Positions 48,823 to 58,850 of a DNA stretch of 64,000 nucleotides are shown here, one piece after another. A model generated the notes under the pieces. The model ran no database searches and was not told where the DNA came from. It was given only the letters and a program-made list of their open reading frames with translations. Origin of the DNA: Armatimonadota bacterium (lineage in GTDB: Bacteria > Armatimonadota > SYMT01); contig JAWLHY010000016.1 in NCBI GenBank assembly GCA_041690135.1, positions 1 to 64,000 of the forward strand, written 5' to 3'. The translations under genes and the position numbers were made by a program. Within the stretch, counting starts at the first letter, position 1; each line of letters starts with the position of its first letter.

Positions 48823-49641
48823 CTAGGATTGACCTTCGGATTGCCCGACGGCCGCGAGTGCGCGGCACGAGTGCGCGGCCGGGTCGCTGAGGGCGAGGCC
48901 CTGCCCCCTGGCTTTCCTCAGGAGGAGCTTCCGCGACGACCCGGCTGCCATTGCAAACACCGCCGAAAGCGCATTGCCAGCAGCTAAAACCGGGAGCGCA
49001 AGGTAAATCTCCAGACAGGCGGTGTCTATTACTCTATGCCCAAACACTGCCTGGAATAACGCATAACCCAAGGGCCAGGTTGCCAGCGTTGCATAGCCGA
49101 TCAGGATGCAGATATTTCTGGCGTTGCGCTCATCCCTGTAGGCGGAGTGGATCAGACCCTGCAACAATTCCGGACTATAGGGAAGCCGTTCAGTCCGTAT
49201 CAGCTCTGCATGACTGATGAGCTGAACCATCTCCGGCAGCAGGGGAGTGTAAGGTCCGTTCGACACTGCTTCGGGAAGGCTGATGGCGCGGCATCGCGAA
49301 CAACGGATGAGCCACCGCCTCCAGATCCGGCCGGCTGTCACCAGAAGCGCCGCTGCGGGTGGCGTGATCAAATAGCAAAGCCAGAGCCAGTAGACGAGTA
49401 CTCCCCCGACCTCCTGACCATTCCACACAACCGGTGGCAGGAGGATGAAGAAGAGGATCGCCAACCCCGCCACGCAACCACTGATCACGCACGCAGTTCC
49501 ACCCAGGGCCTCCATGTGCGTTGCCCAGGCCAGCCGGTGGAGCATCGCTCTCCGGCGTTCATCCCTGGCGAGACGGTCCGCCGCCAGCCCGAGGGTGAGT
49601 TGACTGCCGCGTGTCTGATCCATAGGGGGAGTGTACTTCAC
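48823..49641 (-). CDS. hypothetical membrane protein (lower GC)
   Basis: about 4 hydrophobic segments; GTGA overlap with the upstream gene stop. Confidence 0.55.
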   Translation of the reverse strand: MKYTPPMDQTRGSQLTLGLAADRLARDERRRAMLHRLAWATHMEALGGTACVISGCVAGLAILFFILLPPVVWNGQEVGGVLVYWLWLCYLITPPAAALLVTAGRIWRRWLIRCSRCRAISLPEAVSNGPYTPLLPEMVQLISHAELIRTERLPYSPELLQGLIHSAYRDERNARNICILIGYATLATWPLGYALFQAVFGHRVIDTACLEIYLALPVLAAGNALSAVFAMAAGSSRKLLLRKARGQGLALSDPAAHSCRALAAVGQSEGQS

Positions 49642-50708
49642 GCGATCAGTTCGCGCCTGATTTTGATTCCTATCTCGGGATCTCGCATTGCGGCGGTGGC
49701 GAGGTGGATGGAGGCGGCGCCGGCGTCCAGGTAAGAGCGCACGTCGGCGGCGGTGGCGGCGCCTCCCACGCCGATGATTTCGAGAGGCACCTTGAGGTCC
49801 CGGATGACTTCGGCGAAGCGGGCGACCTGGGCCAGGGAAGCCTCGCGAATGGCCGTGCCGCCGATGCCGCGCGCTTCACCGTTGAATAGCGGCATCCCGT
49901 CCTCGCCCCGGACGGTGGCGGGGAGGCAGTTCACCATTGAAAGGGCCTGTACGTAAGGGGCCACAGCGGCTACCAGTGCGGCGGCCTCCGAACGCTGGGG
50001 CACGTGCCCGATCTTGAGGATGAGTGGCGTGCCATCGATGGCTTCCCGCACGGCCGCGGCCACACGCCGCGCGTCTTCCGGCACCTGGTAGAGTTGGCCG
50101 TCGCGGCTCTGGACGTTGGGGCAGGAGAGGTTCGCCTCCACGCAGTCGGCCCCGCTTTCCACCGCCCAGCGAGCGCAGAGGGCGTAGTCTTCGGCCAACT
50201 CCTCCAACGACCAGCCGGGTTGCATCGTTCCCACCACGGAGACCGAGAGGACCTTCTCCGCCGGCAGGTGCTTCCGGGTCCGCTCCACGTCCCGCCGCCA
50301 GACCTCGGGTTCCATGGAGGGCATCCCGAAAGACACGGCCCAACTACCGCCCCCCTCCCCCATTGTCTCGATGGCGGGCAGGTCGCGCTCCCCGCCCCAG
50401 AGGGTAGGGGCGAGGACAGGCTGGAGGTTGGGCAACTCGTAACACGCGCGGAAGCGACTGCGGACCGTTTTGTAAGTGACCACATCGAAGCCGAGGGCGG
50501 CGTAATAAAGGCACCACCGTCCGTTGAGCAGCGGACCGGCCGGCATGCCCAACGGAGACGGGACCGGCCGCCCACAAAACCGCCACTCCCCCGGGACGTC
50601 CGGGACGGATCGCCGGACGGCATCGCCCCCCTCCGGCCCCGGTGCATGTTCGTAATTCCAGGCATAGGATTGCCCGAAGTCGTAACGAGGGAGTATTGCA
50701 TCCGGCAC
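49638..50708 (-). CDS. dihydroorotate dehydrogenase-like FMN oxidoreductase
   Basis: PLGMPAGP, TYKTV, EANLSCPN, LILKIG, IIGVGG, GA..I.LATA. Confidence 0.78.
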   Translation of the reverse strand: MPDAILPRYDFGQSYAWNYEHAPGPEGGDAVRRSVPDVPGEWRFCGRPVPSPLGMPAGPLLNGRWCLYYAALGFDVVTYKTVRSRFRACYELPNLQPVLAPTLWGGERDLPAIETMGEGGGSWAVSFGMPSMEPEVWRRDVERTRKHLPAEKVLSVSVVGTMQPGWSLEELAEDYALCARWAVESGADCVEANLSCPNVQSRDGQLYQVPEDARRVAAAVREAIDGTPLILKIGHVPQRSEAAALVAAVAPYVQALSMVNCLPATVRGEDGMPLFNGEARGIGGTAIREASLAQVARFAEVIRDLKVPLEIIGVGGAATAADVRSYLDAGAASIHLATAAMRDPEIGIKIRRELIA

Positions 50709-50722
50709 GGTAGGCGTCTCCG

Positions 50723-51598
50723 CTAAAGCGATCTCACAACACCGCGCAGATAGCCGACCGTCTCGGCGAGGCCGGGGAGTGGATCGTCCGCGTCCTTTTC
50801 ATACTCGATGCCGACGTGGTGCGGGAACCGGATGGAAAGCAGCGCCTTCATGATGGCCGGCAGGTCGAGGACCCCGCGGCCGACCTCGACGTTCACCGCT
50901 TTCACCCCGGTGTTCGCCAGGTCCTTGAGGTGGACGTCGTAGAGGCGTTCCCGGCATTTGCGGATCGCCTCCGCGGGGTCCGTTTTCGCGCGGGCGGTGT
51001 GGCCCACGTCGATGCAGAGGCCGATGCGGCGGTCGTAACCTTCGATGGCCTTCATCACGTCATAGGGACCAGGAAGTTTCTTGTCCTCGGGGCCGTGGTT
51101 GTGGATGGCGAGGCGGATATCGAACTCTTTGACCATGCGATCGAGGAGCGGCATCGAGGCGGGGTCGGGGCTGCAGACGATGGTGGTGAACCCGGCTTCG
51201 CGCGCGTATTCGAATGCCTCGCGCACGTTCGCCTCATCGTTCTTCATGGTAATCACGCCGCAACTCAGGGGCGTGATGCCGGCATCCTTGAATCTCCGCA
51301 CCGCCGCCTTGCGTTCATCGGCCGTGCTCTTGAGCGGGAGATGAAAGTCTTTAACGGAGACGTACTGCAATCCCACGCGCTGAATCGCGGCAATGGCGGT
51401 GTCGAGCGGCAACTTGCGCAGCGTGTAGGAAGCGACGCCCACTTTGAGTCCCTTCCACGCGTCGCCAGCCTGTGCGGCCGCCGCCCGGTTCCCGCTCTCG
51501 GCCTGCACGATGCTACCAAGCAGTCCAGCGGTAGCCGTTCCCAGGCATAGTTTCCTGCGCGAGAGGACGTGCGTTTCACTCGCGATCCGATCAGACAT
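50723..51598 (-). CDS. Tat-exported sugar phosphate isomerase/epimerase (TIM barrel)
   Basis: SRRKL Tat-like motif; AIHNHG, CIDVGH, VHLKD, G.GVLD, IEYE. Confidence 0.88.
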   Translation of the reverse strand: MSDRIASETHVLSRRKLCLGTATAGLLGSIVQAESGNRAAAAQAGDAWKGLKVGVASYTLRKLPLDTAIAAIQRVGLQYVSVKDFHLPLKSTADERKAAVRRFKDAGITPLSCGVITMKNDEANVREAFEYAREAGFTTIVCSPDPASMPLLDRMVKEFDIRLAIHNHGPEDKKLPGPYDVMKAIEGYDRRIGLCIDVGHTARAKTDPAEAIRKCRERLYDVHLKDLANTGVKAVNVEVGRGVLDLPAIMKALLSIRFPHHVGIEYEKDADDPLPGLAETVGYLRGVVRSL

Positions 51599-52050
51599 CT
51601 GTGTTACCTCCACCGTGCCGGCAGTTGGCGCCCAATACCAGGCTCCATTCCGCCGGAGATGAAAGGAATCCTGCCTCCAATCGCGGAGATGACGCCCGGC
51701 TTGCAGGCGGAAAGGGAACCCTGTACGACGGTGTTACGGAGTACGAGGCAGACTGCCGTGATTTTCGCAGCATTCAACCGCGACATGGGGAGTGCGGACT
51801 GAAAGAATAGAAGGGGTCGCGCCCGGTGTAAAGCGGGCAAGGCGGGTACCAACCGCAAACGGGGAATGACCGGGTGTTCGAATGGGAAACATGGTCTGTC
51901 CGGCGGTTCTATGTGTGTCGAGGATATTAGCGGGTGGAACCGCGCCTGCGGTGAGGCGGTCCAAACAGGGGGCGCCGCGGGAGGTCCCGGCGGGTCTAAT
52001 CTATGGCGGGGCGGATATTGGCCCAAAGGTGTGGGAGATCGGGAACCGGA

Positions 52051-53967
52051 ATGTCAAGCAGAATCAAACGGCCAATGCGTAGAAGGGTCCATGGAGTGGG
52101 TCTGGGAATCTCCCTTACTGCTCTCGCCCTGGCAGGGTTGAGCGCCTCCGCGCAGGAGCAGTCGCCAAGAACAGCACCGCCTCCGGTGTTGAACCTGCCG
52201 GCCCCCGCCAACGGTGCGGTGGCCCCCGCCAACGGCGCAGCTCCGGTCCGGCCGGTGGATCCGCTGTCGCAGGAGCTCTCGCTCGAGGTACGCAGCGCGA
52301 TCCTGGGAGAACTGACGGAGAAGCTGGCAGATTCGCTGAAGGTGGGATTGGATGTCGATCCGGACCTGGCCGGTCACAGCATCACCCTGCTGGCGGACGA
52401 GACGCAGGTAAGTGACCTCCAGAATGCCCTGAGCGCGCTGTTCGGTACCGGCTGGCAGAAGCGGGGAGAAGGCGCTGCGGCGCGATACTACCTGCCCCAG
52501 AACGCCGACCTGCAGTTGCGCGCGCAGGAGTTAATGAAAGAGCGCCGAACGCTCTTCCTGAACAACCTGCTGCAGACGGGCCGCGCCGTGCAGCAGCAGG
52601 GGGCGCCCACGGTAGCCCGCGATCTCCGGGCCGGAGTGGCGCGGCGTCTCACCTATCTTCCACAAGAAGAGGTGAACGAGATCTCCGCCGACTACGTGCG
52701 GCAAACCCTTTTGCTGGCGCCCCTGCCCCGCGGGATGGGAGCCGTGCTTACCCGCAGCGGCAGCGCCTGGACGCCTTTCCGCACATTGCCCGCGGCCTAT
52801 CAGCAACTCTTTGCTTCCTTTTTCGTGGAACAGTACCAGGCGGGCGGATCCGCATCTCAGGTCGTCGACGGCCGCTCTAATCCGCTGATCTTGAACTACC
52901 CGCAGGCCCGCCTGGAGTACCGGCTGTTGCACGGCGACCGCTGGACGGGGCCGCTGCTGTTGACGCGAGTGGGTGCCTCGGACAACTGGGCGAATTCATA
53001 CCTGCCCGCATCGCTGTACAACCTGCCGGATTATTCCACCCTCTACCCGGAAGTGGCGGAAAGACCCACCGGCCCGGAGGTGCGCCGGCCGCTCGAGATC
53101 CTCATCGACACGGAAAAGATGAACTGGGATCAGGCGCTGTTGCACCTGGCGCGCACGGCGAAGATCAATGTCCTGAGTGACGCCTTCCCGCGCCCCATGG
53201 TCTTCCGCCCGGCGGGTCGAGGGCCGATCATCGGCGGGACCGACGTGGGCCACACGCTGGACAGGCTTTGCGACTACTACGGCTACTTCTGGTGGAAGGA
53301 AGGGAACTTCTACCTCTTCCGCAACCGCCTGTGGGCGGAAGAAGAGAAGGTGGCGGTACCGCAGCGGGTACGCCAGCAGATCGGTCAGCGCCTGTCTCGC
53401 AGCAGCCGGCTGGCGACGCAAGACCTGATCTCCCTGGCCGCCCTCTCGGACGAGCAGCTTCTTTCCATGCGTCTCTACGGTGCGGCGGCAGGTGAGCCTT
53501 ATGCTCCGCCGGATGCTTTCGATTTCAACGAGATCCAGGTGGTTCGGGCCGGTTTGAACCTGTTGGGACAGATGAACGATGCCCAGCGGGAGCAGGCGCG
53601 CGCGGAAGGGCTGCCGTTCCTCCTGATGTCGCCTGCGCAGCAGTACATCTTCGCCTCCACCGCTTACGACCGCGGCCTGGTGCTGAATCCCGAAGAGTCC
53701 GACCAGTGGCGTATCCGCTTCAGCGACCATTTCGAGCGGCAACGGCTGCCCAGCGGATGGTCGGAAGTGGGCGAGCTCCGAGTCGACTTCCAGTACGGAG
53801 CGAATACGGCGCGGCGCGCGATTCTGCCGATCCGGGTCCCGGCGGCGGTGGCGCCCCCCGGAGCGGCTGCGGCGGCGGCGGCTCCCGTAGCAGAGACAAA
53901 AACCAGGCCTGTCGTATCCCCAAAGACGGAGATTGAGATCCCAAAGAGGGCTCCCGGTTCCCGGTGA
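52051..53967 (+). CDS. secreted hypothetical protein with two STN/secretin-N-like modules
   Basis: signal peptide; LSLEVRSAILGELTEKLA...ITL..D...DLQNALS..FG..W; second module DQALLHLARTAKINVLSD...LDRLCDYYGYFW. Confidence 0.65.
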   Translation: MSSRIKRPMRRRVHGVGLGISLTALALAGLSASAQEQSPRTAPPPVLNLPAPANGAVAPANGAAPVRPVDPLSQELSLEVRSAILGELTEKLADSLKVGLDVDPDLAGHSITLLADETQVSDLQNALSALFGTGWQKRGEGAAARYYLPQNADLQLRAQELMKERRTLFLNNLLQTGRAVQQQGAPTVARDLRAGVARRLTYLPQEEVNEISADYVRQTLLLAPLPRGMGAVLTRSGSAWTPFRTLPAAYQQLFASFFVEQYQAGGSASQVVDGRSNPLILNYPQARLEYRLLHGDRWTGPLLLTRVGASDNWANSYLPASLYNLPDYSTLYPEVAERPTGPEVRRPLEILIDTEKMNWDQALLHLARTAKINVLSDAFPRPMVFRPAGRGPIIGGTDVGHTLDRLCDYYGYFWWKEGNFYLFRNRLWAEEEKVAVPQRVRQQIGQRLSRSSRLATQDLISLAALSDEQLLSMRLYGAAAGEPYAPPDAFDFNEIQVVRAGLNLLGQMNDAQREQARAEGLPFLLMSPAQQYIFASTAYDRGLVLNPEESDQWRIRFSDHFERQRLPSGWSEVGELRVDFQYGANTARRAILPIRVPAAVAPPGAAAAAAAPVAETKTRPVVSPKTEIEIPKRAPGSR

Positions 53968-53984
53968 GCCCAGGAGGAGGGCCG

Positions 53985-54731
53985 ATGACACATAGATTAA
54001 ATGCTTCGCTCGCGCTAGCCGCACTGCTGATCATCCCGGCCGCGGCCCAACAGGGCGATACTGACCGCCGCCCGGTGCCGACGTTGACCGTCAATGGCAC
54101 CGGGGAGATTCGTGTAGCACCCGACGAGGCCACGGTCCGCCTGGGGGTCACGCGCCAGGCGCCCACCGCGCAGGCGGCCCAGGAGCAGGTGAATCAGGTC
54201 GCCCAGGCGATCCTGACGGCGATCACCCGCCTCGGCATCCGGCGCGAGGACATCCAGACGTCGCAGTTGACGCTGTACCCGGTTTACGCCCCCCAGAACC
54301 CGCGCCAGCAGCAAGAAGAAGAACCGCGGATCGTCGCCTACCGGGCCTCCAACATCGTGTCCGTGCGTGTCGAGCGGTTGGGGCAGGTCGGTCCAGTGAT
54401 TGATGCCGGCCTTAAGGCAGGCGCCAACCAGCTCGAGGGGGTCTTCTTCAGCCTGCGGGACGACCTGCCGGCGCGCGAACGGGCGCTCCGCCAGGCCGTG
54501 CAGGAAGCCCGCCGCAAGGCTACAACGCTGGCCGAAGCCGCGGACGTGCGCCTCGACGGCATCCTGCAATTGGAAGAGGGCGGCGTCTCTATCCGACCGC
54601 TCGTCGTGCAGGAGCGAGCGGCGTTCGCCATGGCGGGTCGGGGCGGCGCGGATACCCCCGTGTCTCCCGGTGAGATCACCGTGAACGCCAGCGTAACGAT
54701 CCGGTACCGGATCACCGAAGGCCGGCGTTAA
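53985..54731 (+). CDS. SIMPL/DUF541 domain protein (YggE-like)
   Basis: TLTVNGTGEIRVAPDEA, DIQTS.L.LYP.Y, GANQL.G..F, AL..AV..AR.KA, PGE.TV.ASV. Confidence 0.92.
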   Translation: MTHRLNASLALAALLIIPAAAQQGDTDRRPVPTLTVNGTGEIRVAPDEATVRLGVTRQAPTAQAAQEQVNQVAQAILTAITRLGIRREDIQTSQLTLYPVYAPQNPRQQQEEEPRIVAYRASNIVSVRVERLGQVGPVIDAGLKAGANQLEGVFFSLRDDLPARERALRQAVQEARRKATTLAEAADVRLDGILQLEEGGVSIRPLVVQERAAFAMAGRGGADTPVSPGEITVNASVTIRYRITEGRR

Positions 54732-55725
54732 CGTCCGCTGTTAGAGATTGAACAGCTTCGACGGCCGTTTGGAAACGGGCGTCCCACGTGCCGCTGATGC
54801 GGACGTAGGGACGCCCCCTTGACTTCAGCTCGTGCTCGCAGCGGTCGAAGAAGGAACGGCGCTCTTCCGGAAGGTAGCGGATGACGTCCTCCACCCAGGG
54901 CACGTCCACGTCGGTCAGGAGATAGAGGTCGTACGTGCGGCGCTCGGCCTCCTCGCGGATCCATTCCTCGCAGGAGCCGAAGAGCACGTCGCTCCAGATG
55001 GTGGTGGTAAGCGGGTCCGTGTCGCAGAAGAGGAGGCGGTGGGCGCTGCGGGCGAGGGCGTCCTCCGAGGCGACCTGGCCGCGGACGATGCGTCCCATGT
55101 CCTCCAGGCGCACTTCGCCGTTCCGGGCTTCCAGGACCGTGCGGGCATACTCCGGAACGGCCACGGTGCCGAAGTGTTCCGCCAGTTGGCGCGTGAGGGT
55201 GCTCTTCCCCGTCGACTCCGGGCCGAAGACGCATACCCGCTTGACGAAGTAAGGGCGTACGCAGCGGGGCAGGTACTCCCAATTCGTCCAGGGGTCCTCG
55301 CGGATCGCCGTGCCGCTGACGGGGATAATAGATCGATCGATGTCCACGGGAACGAACTCCGCCCCCAGGATCTCGGCGAGCTTGTGCCCGTAATCTTCCG
55401 AGGCGAAGACGTAGTCCGGCTTCCAGGGGAGCACGCGCGTGAGGCTGTCGTACCAGATCTGCCAGAAGTCGGCGTGCTCGTGGGGGTACTGGGGGTTCTC
55501 ATCGGTCAGGTGGAGGACGCGGCAGTCCGGGAAAAGCTCCCGCATCCAGCCGTAGCGCAGGGCCCCAGGGATCGGTTCGGCCTGCAGGGTGCCGACCACG
55601 ATTGCCAGGTCCTCCACGTAGTTGCGCGCGAACTCCGCCAGGTACAGGTGCCCCAGATGCGGGGGCATGAACTTGCCGAGGAGCATTCCCCGGCCGGATT
55701 TGGGCAGCGTGTTGGGCGAGTTCAT
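54712..55725 (-). CDS. nadR: NadR-like HxGH nucleotidyltransferase + P-loop kinase (no HTH)
   Basis: GKFMPPHLGH, SGTAIR.DP...WEYLP..VRPYFVKRV, GPESTGKST, PEYAR, CDTD, WVED..R; ATG 55725 overlaps the NRPS stop. Confidence 0.85.
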   Translation of the reverse strand: MNSPNTLPKSGRGMLLGKFMPPHLGHLYLAEFARNYVEDLAIVVGTLQAEPIPGALRYGWMRELFPDCRVLHLTDENPQYPHEHADFWQIWYDSLTRVLPWKPDYVFASEDYGHKLAEILGAEFVPVDIDRSIIPVSGTAIREDPWTNWEYLPRCVRPYFVKRVCVFGPESTGKSTLTRQLAEHFGTVAVPEYARTVLEARNGEVRLEDMGRIVRGQVASEDALARSAHRLLFCDTDPLTTTIWSDVLFGSCEEWIREEAERRTYDLYLLTDVDVPWVEDVIRYLPEERRSFFDRCEHELKSRGRPYVRISGTWDARFQTAVEAVQSLTADVNAGLR

Positions 55726-58700
55726 CTTGTGGTCCGATGCTTGAGGCTTTGGCGCGCATAGAGTTGGAGCAGTTCCGGGGTGACCGGGGGGCACCGGATC
55801 CCGGATCCTGCCAGGGCGGCCTGGGTGTTGTCCACGGCAAACTCGGCGCCGGTGGACTGGAACAGGTCGAGTGTCCGCTGCCGCTGGAAGGCTGCGTCCC
55901 CCTCGGCAGAGCGGCAGAGGCTCAGGAAAGCGGTCGAGATCGCCTCGGCGCCGGCGGTGCTCCCGTGCCGCGCCACCCGCGCTCGCCACTCTGCCTCCCC
56001 TACCCGCTCCAGAGGAACCCCGGAGTCCCGCGCGGCGCAGATCAAGTCTTCGGCGGTGGCGCCGGTAGGATGGGCGATATGGAAGGTGGTGAGCCCCGGC
56101 CGTGGGTCGGCTCCAAGCGAGAGGTGAGCCATGGCCGCGGCGGCATAGTCCACGGGGGTGATATCGACCCGAAGATCGCTCCGAACCGCCTCGGGCACGC
56201 AGCCGAGGCGGGCCAGGCCGCGGAGGAACAGCCCCAACTGGTCGCGTTCCGGAGCGTATCCGGTGCGGGTATCGCCCGTGATAAGACCGAGGCGGTAAAC
56301 GGTCACACTGCGGAGCGCGGGTCGAGCCAGGCGGACGAGATGCTCTGCGGCCCACTTGCTCTGGCCGTAGCCGCCGTAGACCCATCCCGTTTCGGAAAGG
56401 TCGTCTCCCTCTTCCATGCGGCCGGTGTTCCGATCGGTGGAGACGAAGACGGAGAGGGTGGAGGCATAGTGCAGGTGCTTCGGCCTGCCTGCCGCCATCA
56501 ACCGCAGGATCTCGCCGGTGCCCCCCAGGTTGACTGGGCGCAACTGCTCGTAGGAATGGACCATGTTCACCCACGCGCCGCAGTGGTGGACCGTGTCCAC
56601 CTCCGCGCAAAGGCTTTCCCATGCGGCCGGGGGCAATCCCAGATACGGTTGGGTCAGGTCTCCACACAGGGGAGCGACGCGCGCCCATGCCGCCGGCGGG
56701 AGGTGCACCCCGTGCCGCTCCACGGCCTCCCGGATACGGGCCAGCCCAGCTCCTTCCTCTTCCGCGCGCACCAGGCACCGGACCTGGGCGTCCGTCCGGT
56801 GGAGTAGCTCATACAGGAGGCGCGAGCCCAGGAAGCCCGTGGCGCCCGTCAAGAGACGGACGGGCAACCCGGAGCGGCTAATGGGTGGGTGCAAGTAACT
56901 GGGCAGGTGCTGTTTCCCAGAGGGGGGCCGACACCCGCTCCCGCGGGTACCCGGCGCCGTCACTCCGGCAAGGCTCGCCGATCTGGGTGAAGAGACAGGA
57001 TCGTGCCCAGCGGTCAAGAACTGTTCAGATACTTCCCCCCACCCCACAGTAGCAGTCAACTCCAGTTTGCGGAGGTACTCCTCTACCTCCTCTCGTAACC
57101 GGGCGGCGGTCATTCCGCCCCAGGTTTCCGGCGTGGTCTCCTCGGTGGTCCCCGTGATGGCCGCGATGGTCCGGTCCCGGATCACCTGGGCGGGCGAGAG
57201 GGGCAGGCCGCGCGCCTCGGCCAGGGCCGCGATCCGCAGCACGGCCAGAGAGTCGCCGCCCAGATCGAAGAAGTCGTCGTCGATCCCGATAACAGGCCGC
57301 TCGAGTACCTCCCGCCAGATCTCCGCGAGTTGCTGCTGCCGCGGCGTGGTCACGGTGGTGCGGAGTGATATCGCTGCAACTGCTGCCAGATCGAGGTGAG
57401 ATAGTGCCTCCAGGTCGGTCTTTCCCGTGCGGGTGACCGGAAGCCGGTCGAGAAACCGGAAGAGTTGCGGCACCATCCAGGGCGGGAGCAATGCCTGAAG
57501 GTGGGCGCGCAGATCCCTCTCACTCGGGACGGCGGCGGTAGGAACCACAAACGCGACCAGCCCCTCGCGGTCTGCTCCGATGGGTCGTTTCAGGACAGCG
57601 GCCTGGCGTACGTCCGGGTGTTTGAGGAGGCAGGCTTCGACTTCCTCGGGCGCCACCAGTTGGCCACGGACCTTCACCTGACGGTCGGTCCGCCCGAGGT
57701 ACTCCAGGTCCCCGTCCGGATGCCGGACCACGCGGTCCCCAGTCCGGTAGAGGCGCTCCCCTTCCACCGTGAGGAAGCGAGACGCCGTCAGTTCCGGACG
57801 GTTCACGTACCCCCGTGCCAGGCCGATCCCGCCGATGAAGAGCTCCCCCGCTACGCCGGGTGGGACCGGCTGGAGGGCTTCGTCCAGCACCTGGAAGGTG
57901 ACGTTGGGCAATGGCTCGCCAAGGAGCGGGCGGTGCCAACGGTCCGCGTCACAAAGGCAGAGGCTGGCGCAGACGGTCGCCTCGGTAGGCCCGTAGACGT
58001 TGACCACCCGGCATCGTTGCGCCCACCGCCGGACCACTTCCGGAGGGCACGGTTCGCCGCCGATGACCAGGGTCTCCAGGCAAGCGGGTGCTACGTCGGG
58101 GTCCAACAGTGGCAACAGCGAGGGCGGGAGGTCCAGGTGTGTGATCCGGCGACGGCCCAGAATGCGGATCAGGTCGGCGGCAATCTCCGCAGGGGGACCG
58201 GGCTCGATGCAGAGCGTGGCGCCGGAGAGCAGCGCTGTGCCGATGTCGGAGACCGAGGCGTCGAAACTGGGCGACAGCAGCCAGAGGGCGCGAGCCCCCG
58301 GACGCAGCCCGAATGCGGGGATCTGGCCGTCGAGGAGGTTCACGATGCCTCGATGCGGCACCATCACGCCCTTGGGCGTTCCGGTCGAACCGGAGGTGTA
58401 GATGATATAGGCCAGGTCCTCGGCAGCGGGCGAGGCAAGTGCCGGGGTGGAACCATCGTCCTCCGGATCTGCCGCGCTCCCGACGAGAACCTGCGGGACA
58501 CCAAGGCGGCCCAGCGGACAGGCGACGCCCTCACTGGTGAGAAGCAGACGCACGTCTCCGTCGCGCACCATGAATGCCCGGCGCTCCGGCGGCAGCGCCG
58601 GGTCCAGCGGCAGGAAGGCACCGCCGGCATACCATACGGCGAGCATGCCGACCAGGTAGTCCGCGGACTTTGGCAGGGCGAGCGCGACTACCGTTTCCCG

Positions 58701-58850
58701 GCCGACACCGGTGGCTCGAAGGCGGCGCGCCAGGAGGGAAGCACGTTGATCTAACTCGCGGTATGTCAGGATGGTCGTCCCATCTTCCACCGCAGGTAGG
58801 CCCCGCAGCCGGGATACGACTTGCCGGAAGCGCTGCGTGAAGTGGCTCAT
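55722..58850 (-). CDS. NRPS-like adenylation-thiolation-reductase (A-T-R) enzyme
   Basis: LTYREL, YTSGSTGTPKG, FDAS, YGPTE, YRTGD, GRTDRQVKVRG, TGK; FFDLGGDSL carrier Ser; TGATGFLG and YGQSK SDR. Confidence 0.93.
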   Translation of the reverse strand: MSHFTQRFRQVVSRLRGLPAVEDGTTILTYRELDQRASLLARRLRATGVGRETVVALALPKSADYLVGMLAVWYAGGAFLPLDPALPPERRAFMVRDGDVRLLLTSEGVACPLGRLGVPQVLVGSAADPEDDGSTPALASPAAEDLAYIIYTSGSTGTPKGVMVPHRGIVNLLDGQIPAFGLRPGARALWLLSPSFDASVSDIGTALLSGATLCIEPGPPAEIAADLIRILGRRRITHLDLPPSLLPLLDPDVAPACLETLVIGGEPCPPEVVRRWAQRCRVVNVYGPTEATVCASLCLCDADRWHRPLLGEPLPNVTFQVLDEALQPVPPGVAGELFIGGIGLARGYVNRPELTASRFLTVEGERLYRTGDRVVRHPDGDLEYLGRTDRQVKVRGQLVAPEEVEACLLKHPDVRQAAVLKRPIGADREGLVAFVVPTAAVPSERDLRAHLQALLPPWMVPQLFRFLDRLPVTRTGKTDLEALSHLDLAAVAAISLRTTVTTPRQQQLAEIWREVLERPVIGIDDDFFDLGGDSLAVLRIAALAEARGLPLSPAQVIRDRTIAAITGTTEETTPETWGGMTAARLREEVEEYLRKLELTATVGWGEVSEQFLTAGHDPVSSPRSASLAGVTAPGTRGSGCRPPSGKQHLPSYLHPPISRSGLPVRLLTGATGFLGSRLLYELLHRTDAQVRCLVRAEEEGAGLARIREAVERHGVHLPPAAWARVAPLCGDLTQPYLGLPPAAWESLCAEVDTVHHCGAWVNMVHSYEQLRPVNLGGTGEILRLMAAGRPKHLHYASTLSVFVSTDRNTGRMEEGDDLSETGWVYGGYGQSKWAAEHLVRLARPALRSVTVYRLGLITGDTRTGYAPERDQLGLFLRGLARLGCVPEAVRSDLRVDITPVDYAAAAMAHLSLGADPRPGLTTFHIAHPTGATAEDLICAARDSGVPLERVGEAEWRARVARHGSTAGAEAISTAFLSLCRSAEGDAAFQRQRTLDLFQSTGAEFAVDNTQAALAGSGIRCPPVTPELLQLYARQSLKHRTTR

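Noticed and set aside
55726-56778. N-terminal 350-aa extension of the NadR ORF, as a possible programmed frameshift fusion with the NRPS
   Set aside because: The extension is an alternative frame of the reductase domain. The ATGA overlap at 55722-55725 indicates ordinary translational coupling, and no slippery site was seen.
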